From Cyanobacteriota bacterium (lineage in GTDB: Bacteria > Cyanobacteriota > Cyanobacteriia > Thermostichales > Thermostichaceae), in assembly GCA_033764955.1 (NCBI GenBank), contig JANRIL010000029.1, positions 29,878 to 93,877 on the forward strand: a DNA stretch of 64,000 bases, in the 5' to 3' direction. Under the pieces are notes generated by a model. It was not told where the DNA came from and ran no database searches. It saw nothing but the letters and a program-made list of their open reading frames with translations. Of this stretch, positions 9,429 to 20,208 are shown piece by piece. Every line of letters starts with the position of its first letter. Position 1 is the stretch's first letter. The position numbers and the translations under genes are program-made.

Positions 9429-11222
9429 GTGGCAACTGGTGGATTTGCATTAGTGGACAGCCTACATCGGCATGGTGTCCAACATATTTTTGGCTATCCA
9501 GGTGGAGCCATCCTACCTATCTACGATGAACTGTACAAGGCCGAGGCCAACGGGATCCTCCAACATTTTTTGGTGCGCCATGAACAGGGAGCTGCCCACG
9601 CCGCCGATGGATATGCCCGCGCCACGGGCAAAGTGGGGGTGTGTTTTGGGACTTCTGGGCCAGGAGCCACCAACCTCGTGACCGGCATCGCCAACGCCAT
9701 GATGGATTCAGTGCCGATGGTGGTGATCACCGGGCAAGTGCCCCGCAAAGCCATTGGCACCGATGCCTTTCAAGAAACTGATATTTTTGGCATTACCCTA
9801 CCGATTGTCAAACATTCTTATGTGGTGAGGGATCCCCGCGATATGGCGCGGATTGTGGCGGAAGCCTTTCATATTGCCAGTACGGGGCGACCAGGACCTG
9901 TGTTGATTGATATTCCCAAAGATGTTGGCTTTGAGGAGTTTGATTATCAGCCCTCCCTAGAGGTGAACCTGCCGGGATATAAACCCACCGTCAAAGGCAA
10001 TCCTCGACAGATCCATGCGGCGGCCAAGTTGATCGTCCAGGCGGAGCGGCCTCTCCTCTACGTGGGGGGAGGAGCGATTATTTCTGGTGCTCATGTCGAG
10101 GTGTTGCAACTGGCGGAGAAATGGCGGATCCCGGTCACCACGACCCTGATGGGCAAGGGGGTGTTTGACGAAAACCATGCCCTCTCAGTGGGGATGTTAG
10201 GGATGCACGGTACGGCCTATGCCAACTTTGCTGTGACGGAGTGTGATCTGCTGATCGCGGTGGGAGCCAGATTTGATGATCGGGTGACGGGCAAGCTAGA
10301 TGAATTTGCCAAACATGCCAAAGTGATCCATATCGATATTGATCCGGCGGAAGTGGGCAAGAACCGCGCGCCAGAGGTGCCAATTGTCGGGGATGTGCGA
10401 ACGGTTTTGCTGGAGTTGTTGGCGCAACTGGAGAAACTGCCGGTCAATCCTCAGTTAACTCTGGCTTGGTTAGAGCGGATTGATCGCTGGCGGCATGACT
10501 ATCCTCTGCAAGTGCCCACCTATGAGGGCAAACTTTCTCCCCAGCAGGTGATTGATGCCTTCCGTCGCCATGCGCCCCATGCTTACTACACCACCGATGT
10601 TGGTCAGCACCAGATGTGGTCAGCCCAGTTTCTGCGGAATGGGCCGCGCCGTTGGATTTCCAGCTCTGGGCTGGGAACGATGGGTTTTGGCTTTCCGGCG
10701 GCGATGGGGGTGAAGGTAGCTCTCCCTCAGGAAGAGGTGATTTGCATCAGCGGGGATGCCAGCTTTCAGATGAACTTTCAGGAGTTGGGCACGGTGTCTC
10801 AATACGGCATTGCCGCTAAAGTCGCCATCATTAACAACGGCTGGCAGGGCATGGTGCGGCAGTGGCAGCAAGCTTTTCACGGAGAGCGTTATTCCCACTC
10901 CAATATGGTGGGGGGAATGCCAGATTTTGTCAGGCTGGCGGAGGCTTTTGGGGTGAAAGGGATCCGTGCGGAACACCCCGACCAACTGGAGGATGCTGTG
11001 CAAGCCATCCTGCAAACGGATGGGCCGGTGGTGGCGGATTTTGTCGTGAAACGGGACGAAAACTGTTATCCGATGGTGCCCAGTGGCAAATCCAACGCCC
11101 AGATGATCGGGCTGCCGGATCGACACCTGGAAAAAGCCGCCGAGCTGATCTATTGCCCCAGTTGCGGAGCCAAAAGTCCCTCCACCCATAAGTTTTGTGC
11201 GGAGTGTGGAACTAAGCTCTAG
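9429..11222 (+). CDS. ilvB: biosynthetic acetolactate synthase large subunit with C-terminal zinc ribbon
   Basis: [40 protein letters not shown]..., C-terminal CPSC...CAEC. Confidence 0.96.
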   Translation: MATGGFALVDSLHRHGVQHIFGYPGGAILPIYDELYKAEANGILQHFLVRHEQGAAHAADGYARATGKVGVCFGTSGPGATNLVTGIANAMMDSVPMVVITGQVPRKAIGTDAFQETDIFGITLPIVKHSYVVRDPRDMARIVAEAFHIASTGRPGPVLIDIPKDVGFEEFDYQPSLEVNLPGYKPTVKGNPRQIHAAAKLIVQAERPLLYVGGGAIISGAHVEVLQLAEKWRIPVTTTLMGKGVFDENHALSVGMLGMHGTAYANFAVTECDLLIAVGARFDDRVTGKLDEFAKHAKVIHIDIDPAEVGKNRAPEVPIVGDVRTVLLELLAQLEKLPVNPQLTLAWLERIDRWRHDYPLQVPTYEGKLSPQQVIDAFRRHAPHAYYTTDVGQHQMWSAQFLRNGPRRWISSSGLGTMGFGFPAAMGVKVALPQEEVICISGDASFQMNFQELGTVSQYGIAAKVAIINNGWQGMVRQWQQAFHGERYSHSNMVGGMPDFVRLAEAFGVKGIRAEHPDQLEDAVQAILQTDGPVVADFVVKRDENCYPMVPSGKSNAQMIGLPDRHLEKAAELIYCPSCGAKSPSTHKFCAECGTKL

Positions 11223-11243
11223 TTTTTGAGGGTTTTTGAAGAT

Positions 11244-12176
11244 CTAAAGCAGCATGAAGTCCCGCAGGAGGCGATCTTGAGCCTGCCTCAGGATGGTCAG
11301 ATCCTCCGCCCGCTCACCCTGATTGAGCAAAACAAAGATCAGTCCGTTGGGCAATTGACCCACGAGAGCCAGGTTGGTGCGGCCATCGGATCCGGCTTTG
11401 GCCACTGTTCCCAGAGGTAAAAATCGCTGGCTGAGGGGACTTGTGCCTACCCCGGCTTCGGGAAAAATGGTAGATAGGGATCCACTTTCTCGGATCAGGT
11501 TTTGCAGGAGTGAGGCCAACGTCATTGCCGGAATGTGGGCGGTGGTGTCGGCGGCGAGATAACCCGCTCCATTTGCCAGTGCGACCGGACGGTGGGTGAG
11601 GTTGTGCTCAAAGAGAATATCTTGCAGCGGCATCACCAGGGATCCCGGCTGGTCGCTGCTGCGTAGGGCTCCCCATCCGCTGGCATCCAGTTCTAGATAA
11701 TCGTGTAGCTCGTGGTGACGTAGCCAGTCCACCTGGTGGATCAAGCTGGCCATCAGGGGGGCGGGTGAGGCTTGTTTGGCTTGATAATTAGCCAGAATGT
11801 TGCCATTGGGGGTGATCGCCAGCACTGCCTGGTGGTGCAGTGGGATCCCGGCTTGGGTGAGGGTCTGTAAAAAAGTCGTGACGGCGGTTTGATGCAGGGA
11901 TTGGGCGAGATTCTCCGGTGTAGGGGAGGCAGAGGGCTTGACGGTAGGAGTGGGTAGGGGGGGCGGGGGGGTGGGAAATCCGTACTGCTGGGGTTGCGGA
12001 GAGGCAGAAGGTTTAACGGTGGGGGTGGGGAGTGGGGGTGGGGGAGTGGGGAACTGAGTCTGTGGGGCAGTGCCAGGATCCGATGGCTGGCTACAGAGCC
12101 ACAACTGGCTGGTGACCGTCAAACCCAAGGCAGCGCAGAGGATCCAGACCCAGGTGGGGAGTTGCTTGGTAGACAT
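11244..12176 (-). CDS. membrane-anchored Pro-rich protein with degenerate D-Ala-D-Ala carboxypeptidase (DacB/S13)-like C-terminal region
   Basis: N-terminal TM; duplicated FPTPPPPLPTPTVKPSASP; C-terminus FPEAG...TVAKAGS...FVLLN...LRQAQDRLL resembles cyanobacterial DacB; no SxxK seen. Confidence 0.55.
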   Translation of the reverse strand: MSTKQLPTWVWILCAALGLTVTSQLWLCSQPSDPGTAPQTQFPTPPPPLPTPTVKPSASPQPQQYGFPTPPPPLPTPTVKPSASPTPENLAQSLHQTAVTTFLQTLTQAGIPLHHQAVLAITPNGNILANYQAKQASPAPLMASLIHQVDWLRHHELHDYLELDASGWGALRSSDQPGSLVMPLQDILFEHNLTHRPVALANGAGYLAADTTAHIPAMTLASLLQNLIRESGSLSTIFPEAGVGTSPLSQRFLPLGTVAKAGSDGRTNLALVGQLPNGLIFVLLNQGERAEDLTILRQAQDRLLRDFMLL

Positions 12177-12382
12177 TCGGATGGCTCCGTCAGAGGTGGC
12201 TCAAGCATAACAAGTTCTGCTAATGCCTTGCCAAATAGGCATAGTGGGCGGGAAGTAGGGAGATCCGCTTTCCCTGCCCGGATAGCCAGGGGATCCCTAT
12301 CCAGATGGTTAGGTGTCGGGGGGAATTGGCCTCAGCTAGCTTACGGACATTACCCTTCATCGAACAGGCGGATGGATCCCTT

Positions 12383-13390
12383 ATGCCAGAAACCCTTAAT
12401 ACTCCCCTTCCTGCTGTCCCCCAGCCTGACTGGATGACCCTGATGGATGCCTATTCTCAAGCGATTAGCGCGATTGCCGAACAGGTGGGTCCAGCCGTGG
12501 TCACGATTCAACAACAACGCTCGACGGCTCAACGACGCTGGCGGGAGGATCCTGAGGATCGGGTGGTGGGAGCCGGCTCCGGCATCCTGATTACCCCCGA
12601 TGGTTATGTGTTGACCAACCATCATGTCGTAGCTAATGATCGGCCAATCACGGTGATCCTGGCTGATGGCAGCCGTTATCCTGCTGAGCGGGTGGGGGAG
12701 GATGCCGATACCGACCTGGCGCTGTTGCGCCTGCCGGAGTCAGGACTACCTGTGGCGACTTTAGGCAATTCGGATCCCTTAAAGGTGGGGCAGGGCGTGA
12801 TCGCCATCGGCAATCCGCTGGGATTGCAGGCAACCGTCACCGCTGGCGTGGTGAGTGCGTTGGGACGTACCCTGCGGAGTGTTTCGGGTCGTCTGATTGA
12901 AGAGGTAATCCAAACTGATGCGGCGCTAAATCCCGGCAACAGTGGAGGGGCATTGGTCAACTCGCGGGCGGAGGTGGTGGGAGTGAATACAGCAATTATT
13001 GCGGGTGCTCAGGGCATCTGTTTTGCGATTCCCGCCAATACAGCCACCTGGGTGATTCCACAATTACTCCAGGAGGGACGAGTGGTGCGGGGTTATCTGG
13101 GCATTGCCGGACAAACGGTACAGCTACCACCCCATCTGGTGCGGGGCTATGGGTTGGCGGGCAACAGGGCGGCGGTGATCGTCCATGTCGCGGCGGATAG
13201 TCCGGCGGCACGGGCGGGATTACGGGAGGGGGATATCCTACTGGAACTGGCGGGGGAACGGATCCCGTCGGTGGATGCTATCCACAAGATCTTGGGACGA
13301 GACACAATTGGTCAGTCGCTGCCGATGGTTTTTCTCCGCAACTCGGAATGCCGTCAAACCGATGTGGTGCCTGCGGATCGAGGTAGTTAG
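12383..13390 (+). CDS. HtrA/DegP-family serine protease with one PDZ domain
   Basis: GSG.LI...TNHHV (His), DLALL (Asp), QTDAALNPGNSGG (Ser), C-terminal GYLGI...SPAA.AGL..GD PDZ; start uncertain (12305/12383/12434). Confidence 0.92.
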   Translation: MPETLNTPLPAVPQPDWMTLMDAYSQAISAIAEQVGPAVVTIQQQRSTAQRRWREDPEDRVVGAGSGILITPDGYVLTNHHVVANDRPITVILADGSRYPAERVGEDADTDLALLRLPESGLPVATLGNSDPLKVGQGVIAIGNPLGLQATVTAGVVSALGRTLRSVSGRLIEEVIQTDAALNPGNSGGALVNSRAEVVGVNTAIIAGAQGICFAIPANTATWVIPQLLQEGRVVRGYLGIAGQTVQLPPHLVRGYGLAGNRAAVIVHVAADSPAARAGLREGDILLELAGERIPSVDAIHKILGRDTIGQSLPMVFLRNSECRQTDVVPADRGS

Positions 13391-13494
13391 GGCTACCAGC
13401 AACATGGGGGATCCCCGCCCCGGCACCAAGATAACTTGCTGAGTTCCCTTACCACTCTCCATGATAGAAGCAAGCATGAGCAGGAGCGCCAAGC

Positions 13495-15837
13495 ATGGGC
13501 TGGACGTTATTTAAGCTGCAAAAGATCAGCATCTATGTCTTGGTGGGGATCGCCTTTTTAGCTAACTGGCTGGGGGGAACTTTTATTCTGCCGATTGCCC
13601 TGGTTTTGCTGGCGGCGGGTTGCTTTAGTTGGTTTTGGGAGCCACCCCGCATTGATTTCAACCAGTGGGCGGGTATCTGGATGCCCCTCACCGTCAGTAT
13701 GTTGGTGGTCTTGGCCGGACTCGCCATCACCAGTATTTTGGGGCCGTTTGATGCGGGCATCGGCTTGGTGCTCTATCTAACTACGGCCAAACTGTTTCAA
13801 CGGGAACGAGCGGCTGACTACATTCAAACCACGGTGTTGTCGTTTTTGTTGATGTCGATTGCCACCATCTTCAACGAGGACATCAGCTTTGGCCTGTTGT
13901 TTATGGGCTATGTGATCGTAGGGCTGATTTGTCTGACCCTTTATCATCTGCGGATTCAAACTGAGCTTTATCCGCAGGCGGCCCGGCAAAATCGCCGGAT
14001 TCAGCCGAAACTGCTGGGGCTATTGGTGAGTTTGGCGGTGATTGCTCTGGTGGCTTCCATTGCTTTCTTCTTTTTGTTCCCACGGGTGGGCTTTGGTTTT
14101 TTGGCTCAGCAGACTCAACCGGCTGTCAATACCACCGGATTTAGCGAAGAAGTTAACCTGGGCAGCTTTGGCACCCTCAAATCGGATCCCACGGTGGTGA
14201 TGCGGGTGGAATTTCCCAACGGGATCCCGATTGGCACGCAAAACCTCTATTGGCGGGGAATTAGTTTTGACCGCTACGATGGATCCCGCTGGAGTCGCAC
14301 CCTTTACGGCAATGACATTTTATTTTTGGATAGCCAAGGGCGGGTGGATCTGCCTCCTCCCCAGACGCGGGATCCGCAGGCGGCATCGATTCGCCAAAGC
14401 ATTTATCTAGAACCTCTTAGCTCAAATGTCTTATTTGCGCTGCATCCTGTGCTCAACCTGCAACTGGAGGATCGCCGCAACCCCAACGCCCTCAACCCCC
14501 AGCAACGGCAACGCTGGCAACTAACCCGCCGGATTGGGGTGAGTGAGACAGGGGATATTACCCATCAATCGGCCCGCAATGTTGCCTATCAATATCAAGC
14601 CACCAGCGAACAACCGCAGTGGTCAGCTCAAGCCCTCCGCCAAATCAGCCATCAAGCGGTGTTGGATAGCCTGGAGCCTCAGCAGCGACAAGCCTATTTG
14701 CAATTGCCCGACAACCTCAGCCCCGCCATTGCTGATCTAGCTGCCGAGATTACCCAAGGGATCCCCGATGACTATGATCGCGTCCTAGCGATTCAAAACT
14801 ACCTGTTGCAGAACTATACCTACACTACCGACCTGCCGGATCCGGGTGATAATCCTCCCCTGGATAGCTTTTTGTTTGTCAACAGGCGGGGGCACTGCGA
14901 ATACTTCTCGACCGCTCTGGCCATTTTGACTCGTTCAGTAGGGATCCCGACCCGTTCGGTGAATGGTTTTTTGGGGGGACGTTGGAACGAGCGGGAAAGT
15001 TATCTTTCTGTCAGAAATGCCGATGCTCATTCTTGGACCGAGATTCCTTTTGGCTCCTATGGCTGGGTGACGTTTGATGCCACGCCTGCGGTTGCTAATG
15101 TCAGCGCTCAAGAAAACTGGCTGGATCCCTTGCGAAGCTTTTATGATGCCCTCCGCTTTCGTTGGATCAAATATGTTATTCAATACGATTTGCAAACCCA
15201 ACTGGCACTCCTGGAGCAGTTACAAACGAACCTACCGGGCAGCCCTGCTTCCTCCTCTACAGAAAAGACCTCCTGGACAGATTGGCTGAAAAGTGGGCTG
15301 TTGCCACTGCGGGATCTCCTCCGACAAAACTGGCTACCCACGTTGGGCATTCTGGTCAGCAGCGTGATCGCGGGTTGGCGTGGACAAGGCCGTCGCTTGC
15401 AACGGGTGCGGATTGCGGATATGGGGGTGATCCTAGCGCTGTCAGCTATGAACGGAGCCTTGTTGCTGGGGCTGTGGCAACCCCGTCCGACAGGCTTGGC
15501 TTTAGGGATCCCCATACTGCTACCCAGCTTGCTCTTTGCCCTAATGCGCTGGCAGGGCTGGCAAAGGTCTAGCCATCGTCAGATGCAGGAGATTTCGCGC
15601 TTGTATGTGCAGGTGCGGAGGCACGCCATCGCAGTCGGGATCCCGGTGCAACCTCGCCAAGGTCCAGAAGCTCTGATCACGCTGTTGCAAAGCTCCCATC
15701 TATCTGAAACCGAGCCAGGGATCCGCCTGATTCGCCGCTATTTGGAGGTGCGCTTTGGTCAACAACCCCTGGCTACGGGAGAACTCCGTCAACTGTGGCA
15801 GGAGTGGCAGCAGGTTCGGCAGGCTTGGAGCCGTTAA
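13495..15837 (+). CDS. TgpA-like membrane transglutaminase-domain protein (DUF3488 + transglutaminase core)
   Basis: multiple N-terminal TMs, FPR...TGFSEEV.LG, YWRG..FD.YDG..W, GHCEYFS (Cys), AHSWTE (His), GWVTFDATP (Asp). Confidence 0.9.
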   Translation: MGWTLFKLQKISIYVLVGIAFLANWLGGTFILPIALVLLAAGCFSWFWEPPRIDFNQWAGIWMPLTVSMLVVLAGLAITSILGPFDAGIGLVLYLTTAKLFQRERAADYIQTTVLSFLLMSIATIFNEDISFGLLFMGYVIVGLICLTLYHLRIQTELYPQAARQNRRIQPKLLGLLVSLAVIALVASIAFFFLFPRVGFGFLAQQTQPAVNTTGFSEEVNLGSFGTLKSDPTVVMRVEFPNGIPIGTQNLYWRGISFDRYDGSRWSRTLYGNDILFLDSQGRVDLPPPQTRDPQAASIRQSIYLEPLSSNVLFALHPVLNLQLEDRRNPNALNPQQRQRWQLTRRIGVSETGDITHQSARNVAYQYQATSEQPQWSAQALRQISHQAVLDSLEPQQRQAYLQLPDNLSPAIADLAAEITQGIPDDYDRVLAIQNYLLQNYTYTTDLPDPGDNPPLDSFLFVNRRGHCEYFSTALAILTRSVGIPTRSVNGFLGGRWNERESYLSVRNADAHSWTEIPFGSYGWVTFDATPAVANVSAQENWLDPLRSFYDALRFRWIKYVIQYDLQTQLALLEQLQTNLPGSPASSSTEKTSWTDWLKSGLLPLRDLLRQNWLPTLGILVSSVIAGWRGQGRRLQRVRIADMGVILALSAMNGALLLGLWQPRPTGLALGIPILLPSLLFALMRWQGWQRSSHRQMQEISRLYVQVRRHAIAVGIPVQPRQGPEALITLLQSSHLSETEPGIRLIRRYLEVRFGQQPLATGELRQLWQEWQQVRQAWSR

Positions 15838-15888
15838 TCCGTCAGGTCAAGGTTGCCAACAATTTGCCAAGGGTGAATGGCAAAAGGA

Positions 15889-17736
15889 CTAGCCCGCTAC
15901 AGCCCAAACATTGCGCCATTTGACAGTTCCTGAAGCAGCCAATAACCAACGCCGACAAATGACCTCCTCATAAATTGGGGATTGACCCTCACGCAAAATC
16001 ACATATTTGTAAGCAATAAATTTCCCAGCACTTTCATGAAAAGGAATTTCGTTGAACCAGGTATTAGCATTAATATATTCAAGACGAAAGGCATGATTAA
16101 CATTCCAATTTCCCAACTCAGGGCAATCTCCAATGACTGCCACCACCTCTCCAGGATGGGTGACGTAACCATTGAGCTGGGCACGCACAATCATCTGCCC
16201 TTCTACACGATCTCCAATGTAGTTCAAGATGATCATTTCCTGCGAATTTAAGGAAAAGTTATATAATTTATGACCATGAACCATAAAGGATCGCCCCGTT
16301 AAAATACAGATATATTCCCCATCTTCAAGTTCACAATCAACTTGAGAAAGAGTAATAGGCTGACCCTTATTAAGCGCTACAAAACAACGCGAATCTCGGT
16401 AGGAACGAACATAACAATAAATGTCGGGAGTAATATATTTTTGATGATGAGCGCCCAACGATACGGCTGGATTGAGGCGGCGTAGCTTAGATAGTAAACG
16501 TAAATCTTGACAAATTTGGGTGTCGGGATCCCAATGCTCCATCATCGGTCGATTGTAGGGATCCATCCCTCCATTGGTATCATTATGCAGATATTGCTCG
16601 GTTCCATAATAAATACAAGGGATCCCGCGTGTTGTCATCAATAGTCCCACCGCCAACCGTAATCGCTGGGGATCGGGGTTGAGACTTTGAAAACGAGGCA
16701 TGTCGTGATTATCAATAAAGGTAACTAACTCGGTAGAGCTGTTGTAAAGATAATCAAGATCTAGGATGTTTTGAATGCGATAAAATCCAGCAGGATGGTT
16801 CTCTGCCAGAGCCGAACGGATCCCTTCACACAAACCAAAATCTAAAATGGACATGCCCGATTTGTTGGCAAAATTAACCGAGTGTGGATCTTGAGGCTTA
16901 CTGAACCCCCACTCACCAAAAGCAAAAACAGAGGGCTTATGGGTTTGAATATCCGTGTTAAACTCCTGCCAAAACCACAGATGCATGTGTTTAACTGTGT
17001 CAATTCGTAGGGCATCTACCCCTCGATCTAGCCAAGATTTGATGGCCGTTTTAATATAGTGACGAAATTCGGGATTGTTTTCATCAAAATCAGCAAGTCC
17101 CGCCATCTCACAGTTCACCAATTGCCATTGATCTTGCCAATCCGTAATTTCACCATTGTGATGATACCAATGATTCACATCGTTATAAAAATCCGCAATC
17201 AGTTCCCCATCATCATAGAGACGCCCTTTTTGCCCATTCACATCGGGGCTACTGTGATTACAAACAATATCTAAAATTAGCTTAAGACCCCGATCATGCA
17301 TTGACTGCACCAAAACATCAAATAGATTACAGCGTAGAACACAGTTATCCTGATGAAGAGGAACAAATCGAGGATTAATTCGCTTGAAATCTTTAGTCCA
17401 ATACCCATGCATAGCCGCATGGCCGAACTGTAGTTCTTCCACCTGTTCAAAGACAGGTGAAATCCAAATAGCCGTTACTCCAATTCGCTTGAGATAATCC
17501 AATTGATCAATTAAGCCCTGAATATCTCCACCCCAGTACTTCCCCCAATCCTGTCGATGAGGATCGTAAAGCTCAGGATTGGGTCCAGGATTATTGGAGG
17601 GATCCCCATCATGAAAACGATCAAGGATGACAAAATAGATTGTTTCTTGGCGAAATTCAATATCACGGGTGAATAAGAACTCCAGGGCTTGCGTTTCAGA
17701 TAAAGAAGTTTGAAAAAGCATATCTTGTGAATTCAT
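15889..17736 (-). CDS. GH13 alpha-amylase/CGTase-like enzyme with C-terminal CBM20
   Basis: DRFHDGDPSNN, GGDIQG, HGYW..DF, D.V.NHSSP, RIDTVKH (nucleophile Asp), FGEW, FIDNHDMPRF; CBM20-like GE.V.V.G.CPELGNW...YKYV. Confidence 0.92.
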   Translation of the reverse strand: MNSQDMLFQTSLSETQALEFLFTRDIEFRQETIYFVILDRFHDGDPSNNPGPNPELYDPHRQDWGKYWGGDIQGLIDQLDYLKRIGVTAIWISPVFEQVEELQFGHAAMHGYWTKDFKRINPRFVPLHQDNCVLRCNLFDVLVQSMHDRGLKLILDIVCNHSSPDVNGQKGRLYDDGELIADFYNDVNHWYHHNGEITDWQDQWQLVNCEMAGLADFDENNPEFRHYIKTAIKSWLDRGVDALRIDTVKHMHLWFWQEFNTDIQTHKPSVFAFGEWGFSKPQDPHSVNFANKSGMSILDFGLCEGIRSALAENHPAGFYRIQNILDLDYLYNSSTELVTFIDNHDMPRFQSLNPDPQRLRLAVGLLMTTRGIPCIYYGTEQYLHNDTNGGMDPYNRPMMEHWDPDTQICQDLRLLSKLRRLNPAVSLGAHHQKYITPDIYCYVRSYRDSRCFVALNKGQPITLSQVDCELEDGEYICILTGRSFMVHGHKLYNFSLNSQEMIILNYIGDRVEGQMIVRAQLNGYVTHPGEVVAVIGDCPELGNWNVNHAFRLEYINANTWFNEIPFHESAGKFIAYKYVILREGQSPIYEEVICRRWLLAASGTVKWRNVWAVAG

Positions 17737-17802
17737 GATATTTCCTATGATGATCTTGAGAAACTTGCTACTAATTATATGGATCCCGCTTCAGAAGACA
17801 AA

Positions 17803-19461
17803 CTATTGAGGATTTGGCAAATAATGTACAGCCAGCATGGTAATATCATCAAATTGTTCTGCTTCACCAATATGCTGTCTCACAGATGTATCAATCATAT
17901 CAAGTAATTGACTGGCAGAACCTATAGGTTGACTGACTAAACTGACTAATTGATGGCGAGTAAACAACTCATGATCAAGGTTATGGGCATCTGTTACCCC
18001 ATCCGTATAGGCTAATAAAATATCGCCCGGTTCCAACTGGATTTGCTCGATTTCAAAAGTTACTCCTGGTAATACCCCAAGAGCCGGTCCCGTTGCGTTC
18101 AGCCGCTCCTTAATTTCTCCAGAAGCGCTAATGTGAAACAAAGGTTCATGCCCCCCATTAATATAAAAAATTATGCCCGTGGCCGGATCTAAAATGCCAA
18201 AAAAGATAGTCGCAAACATATTTGATCGGCTATGAGTATTGGCAATATAATCATTCGTTAATGTCATGGCATTGACGAGGGCTTGGGTGCCAGCGGAGGG
18301 AAGTAGTCGCTTTCGCCTGCCTGCCGTTGAGGATCCACCAGGATGATCATCACTCAAGACATCCAGCAAGCTCAGAGAATAATTCTGTTGCGATAAACTG
18401 CGAATCAAGCTGCGAAATAGAGCCATAAATAGGGCGGCTCCCACTCCTTTGTCGCAGACATCAGCAATCACTAAACCGATTCGCCCTCGGGATAACTCAA
18501 AGACATCATAAAAGTCCCCAGCCACATTCCGAGCAGGGCTAAATCGAGCCGCCACTTCCCATCCTTCGGGATGGGGCAAACTTTCGGGTAAAAAATCTGA
18601 TTGAATCTGTCTAGCTATTTGGATATCTCGCTCATAGCGTAATAAGTCTTTTTCCATTAGGAGAGAGCGTTCTCGTTCTTCGTCTGCTTGCCGACGCTGG
18701 GTAATATCTTCTGTGATGGCAAATCCATGCAAGATCTCCCCCTCTGGATTCCTCCCTACAAAACCAATCACTTCTACCCAAATTGGACGACCATCTTTAT
18801 GAAGATACTGTTTCTCTAGAAAGAAGGAATCTCGCTTGCCAGACAATAGTTCACGATAATATAACTCGGTTTGTTGCCGATAATCAGGATGAGTAATCTC
18901 TTGAAAAGATTTTTGAATGAGTTCTGCTTCCGTGTATCCTACTAATCTTTCATAGGCAGGATTACAGCGCAAGATTTGAGCGTTTGAGCCTGTAATTGCA
19001 ATGCCAATGGGAGATTGCTGAAAAAGCAAGCGAAACCGCTGCTTCTCTTGCTGTAAATCCGCCTGAGCTTTGGCACGAATTTGACCCTCTATCAAAAGCT
19101 GATGATGAAGTTGATCTAAAGTTTTTTTGATATCTTCTTGAGAGCGCTTTAGATCGGTGATGTTAGCTGCATAAGCATCAATATTTAATGTGTCTGCGGA
19201 AGTGCTAAATGTAAAAAGATAGACGTTATCTTGGGTGAAGACCTCGAGATTAGGGAGGGCAGATCCAGTTTCAAGAGGTTGAAGAATTGACCTCAAAAAA
19301 TCTACGGGGCACCTTTCTCCAATAGTCGCTCCCCATGTTTGCAAAAGATGGTGTGCAGGCTGATTAGCATACAAAATAATCCCTTCCTTAGATATCTGTA
19401 ATGCTGGATCTGGATATCGAGCAAGACTAATCAACTCTGGGGAAATCAAAGATTCTGACAT
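17803..19461 (-). CDS. PAS-domain PP2C/SpoIIE (RsbU-like) Ser/Thr phosphatase
   Basis: PAS S-box (RLLFQQSPIGIA...NPA...GYT..EL...ITHPD) plus AGDFYD, DVCDKG, INGGH, YTDGVTD, DDITML. Confidence 0.92.
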   Translation of the reverse strand: MSESLISPELISLARYPDPALQISKEGIILYANQPAHHLLQTWGATIGERCPVDFLRSILQPLETGSALPNLEVFTQDNVYLFTFSTSADTLNIDAYAANITDLKRSQEDIKKTLDQLHHQLLIEGQIRAKAQADLQQEKQRFRLLFQQSPIGIAITGSNAQILRCNPAYERLVGYTEAELIQKSFQEITHPDYRQQTELYYRELLSGKRDSFFLEKQYLHKDGRPIWVEVIGFVGRNPEGEILHGFAITEDITQRRQADEERERSLLMEKDLLRYERDIQIARQIQSDFLPESLPHPEGWEVAARFSPARNVAGDFYDVFELSRGRIGLVIADVCDKGVGAALFMALFRSLIRSLSQQNYSLSLLDVLSDDHPGGSSTAGRRKRLLPSAGTQALVNAMTLTNDYIANTHSRSNMFATIFFGILDPATGIIFYINGGHEPLFHISASGEIKERLNATGPALGVLPGVTFEIEQIQLEPGDILLAYTDGVTDAHNLDHELFTRHQLVSLVSQPIGSASQLLDMIDTSVRQHIGEAEQFDDITMLAVHYLPNPQ

Positions 19462-19567
19462 GTGGGTTCTCGTTGCACGACACACTTTACTATTGGAATT
19501 GAGATGAGACGTCAATCTCAAACAAATTTACGGCTACGAACGAAAATATGCGGATTCAGTTCAGTGC

Positions 19568-20020
19568 TCAAGACGAAGTGGATAAAGACCTACGCTGCAT
19601 TCGAAAAATATTGCGATTGCGTTGATTAATGCGTTCATAGGCAAACTCATCTACACCTTCTATTGCTAAGTAAATTCCCAATCCGCCAATCGGTCGCTGA
19701 GCCAAAGGAATGTCAATAGTTTGTATTTCTTGTGGAACCGCCTGTCGGGGATCATAGGCAGCCCCTGTATCTTCAATCACGATGGTCAGATATCCTTCTG
19801 TCACGCTTGCTTCCAAATAAAGGGATCCCTGTGTATCTGTCTCTTCATAGGCGTGGGTAATGATGTTGGTGGCAATTTCGTCCACAGCCAGACGCAAATT
19901 ATAGATTGCCTTTTTATCAAGACCCGCGATGCTCCCAACCTGCTTAACAAAATCAGCAACATATTGAAGTGCCTCCAGGTTACCAGGAAGAGTTAATGAG
20001 TGTACGTTCTGCATGGGCAT
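19568..20020 (-). CDS. RsbW/SpoIIAB-like anti-sigma factor Ser kinase
   Basis: LAVDEIATNII.HAY N-box, IEDTG G1, GGLGIYL G2. Confidence 0.92.
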   Translation of the reverse strand: MPMQNVHSLTLPGNLEALQYVADFVKQVGSIAGLDKKAIYNLRLAVDEIATNIITHAYEETDTQGSLYLEASVTEGYLTIVIEDTGAAYDPRQAVPQEIQTIDIPLAQRPIGGLGIYLAIEGVDEFAYERINQRNRNIFRMQRRSLSTSS

Positions 20021-20208
20021 CGCTCCCGAAGTATAAGGATAATCTGATGAAACTAAATTGTGTAAAATTTATTTACTACTAAGCAATCATGTATGTTTGA
20101 TCTATAGGTTACTGGTAAATAGAATGTGCTGATATTAATCATTGCTAAAAATATAGAAGTTAACTAAACTTGTCAGGGTTGGATAGGCTTCTGAATCAAT
20201 TGTTTTCT

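Noticed and set aside
11141..11222. C-terminal CxxC...CxxC zinc ribbon on IlvB
   Set aside because: Real, but a known trait of many cyanobacterial IlvB proteins
12245..12282. GGAAGTAGGG hairpin resembling part of a glutamine (glnA) riboswitch
   Set aside because: Lacks the flanking CGTT...GAAGGAACG pairing; only a generic hairpin
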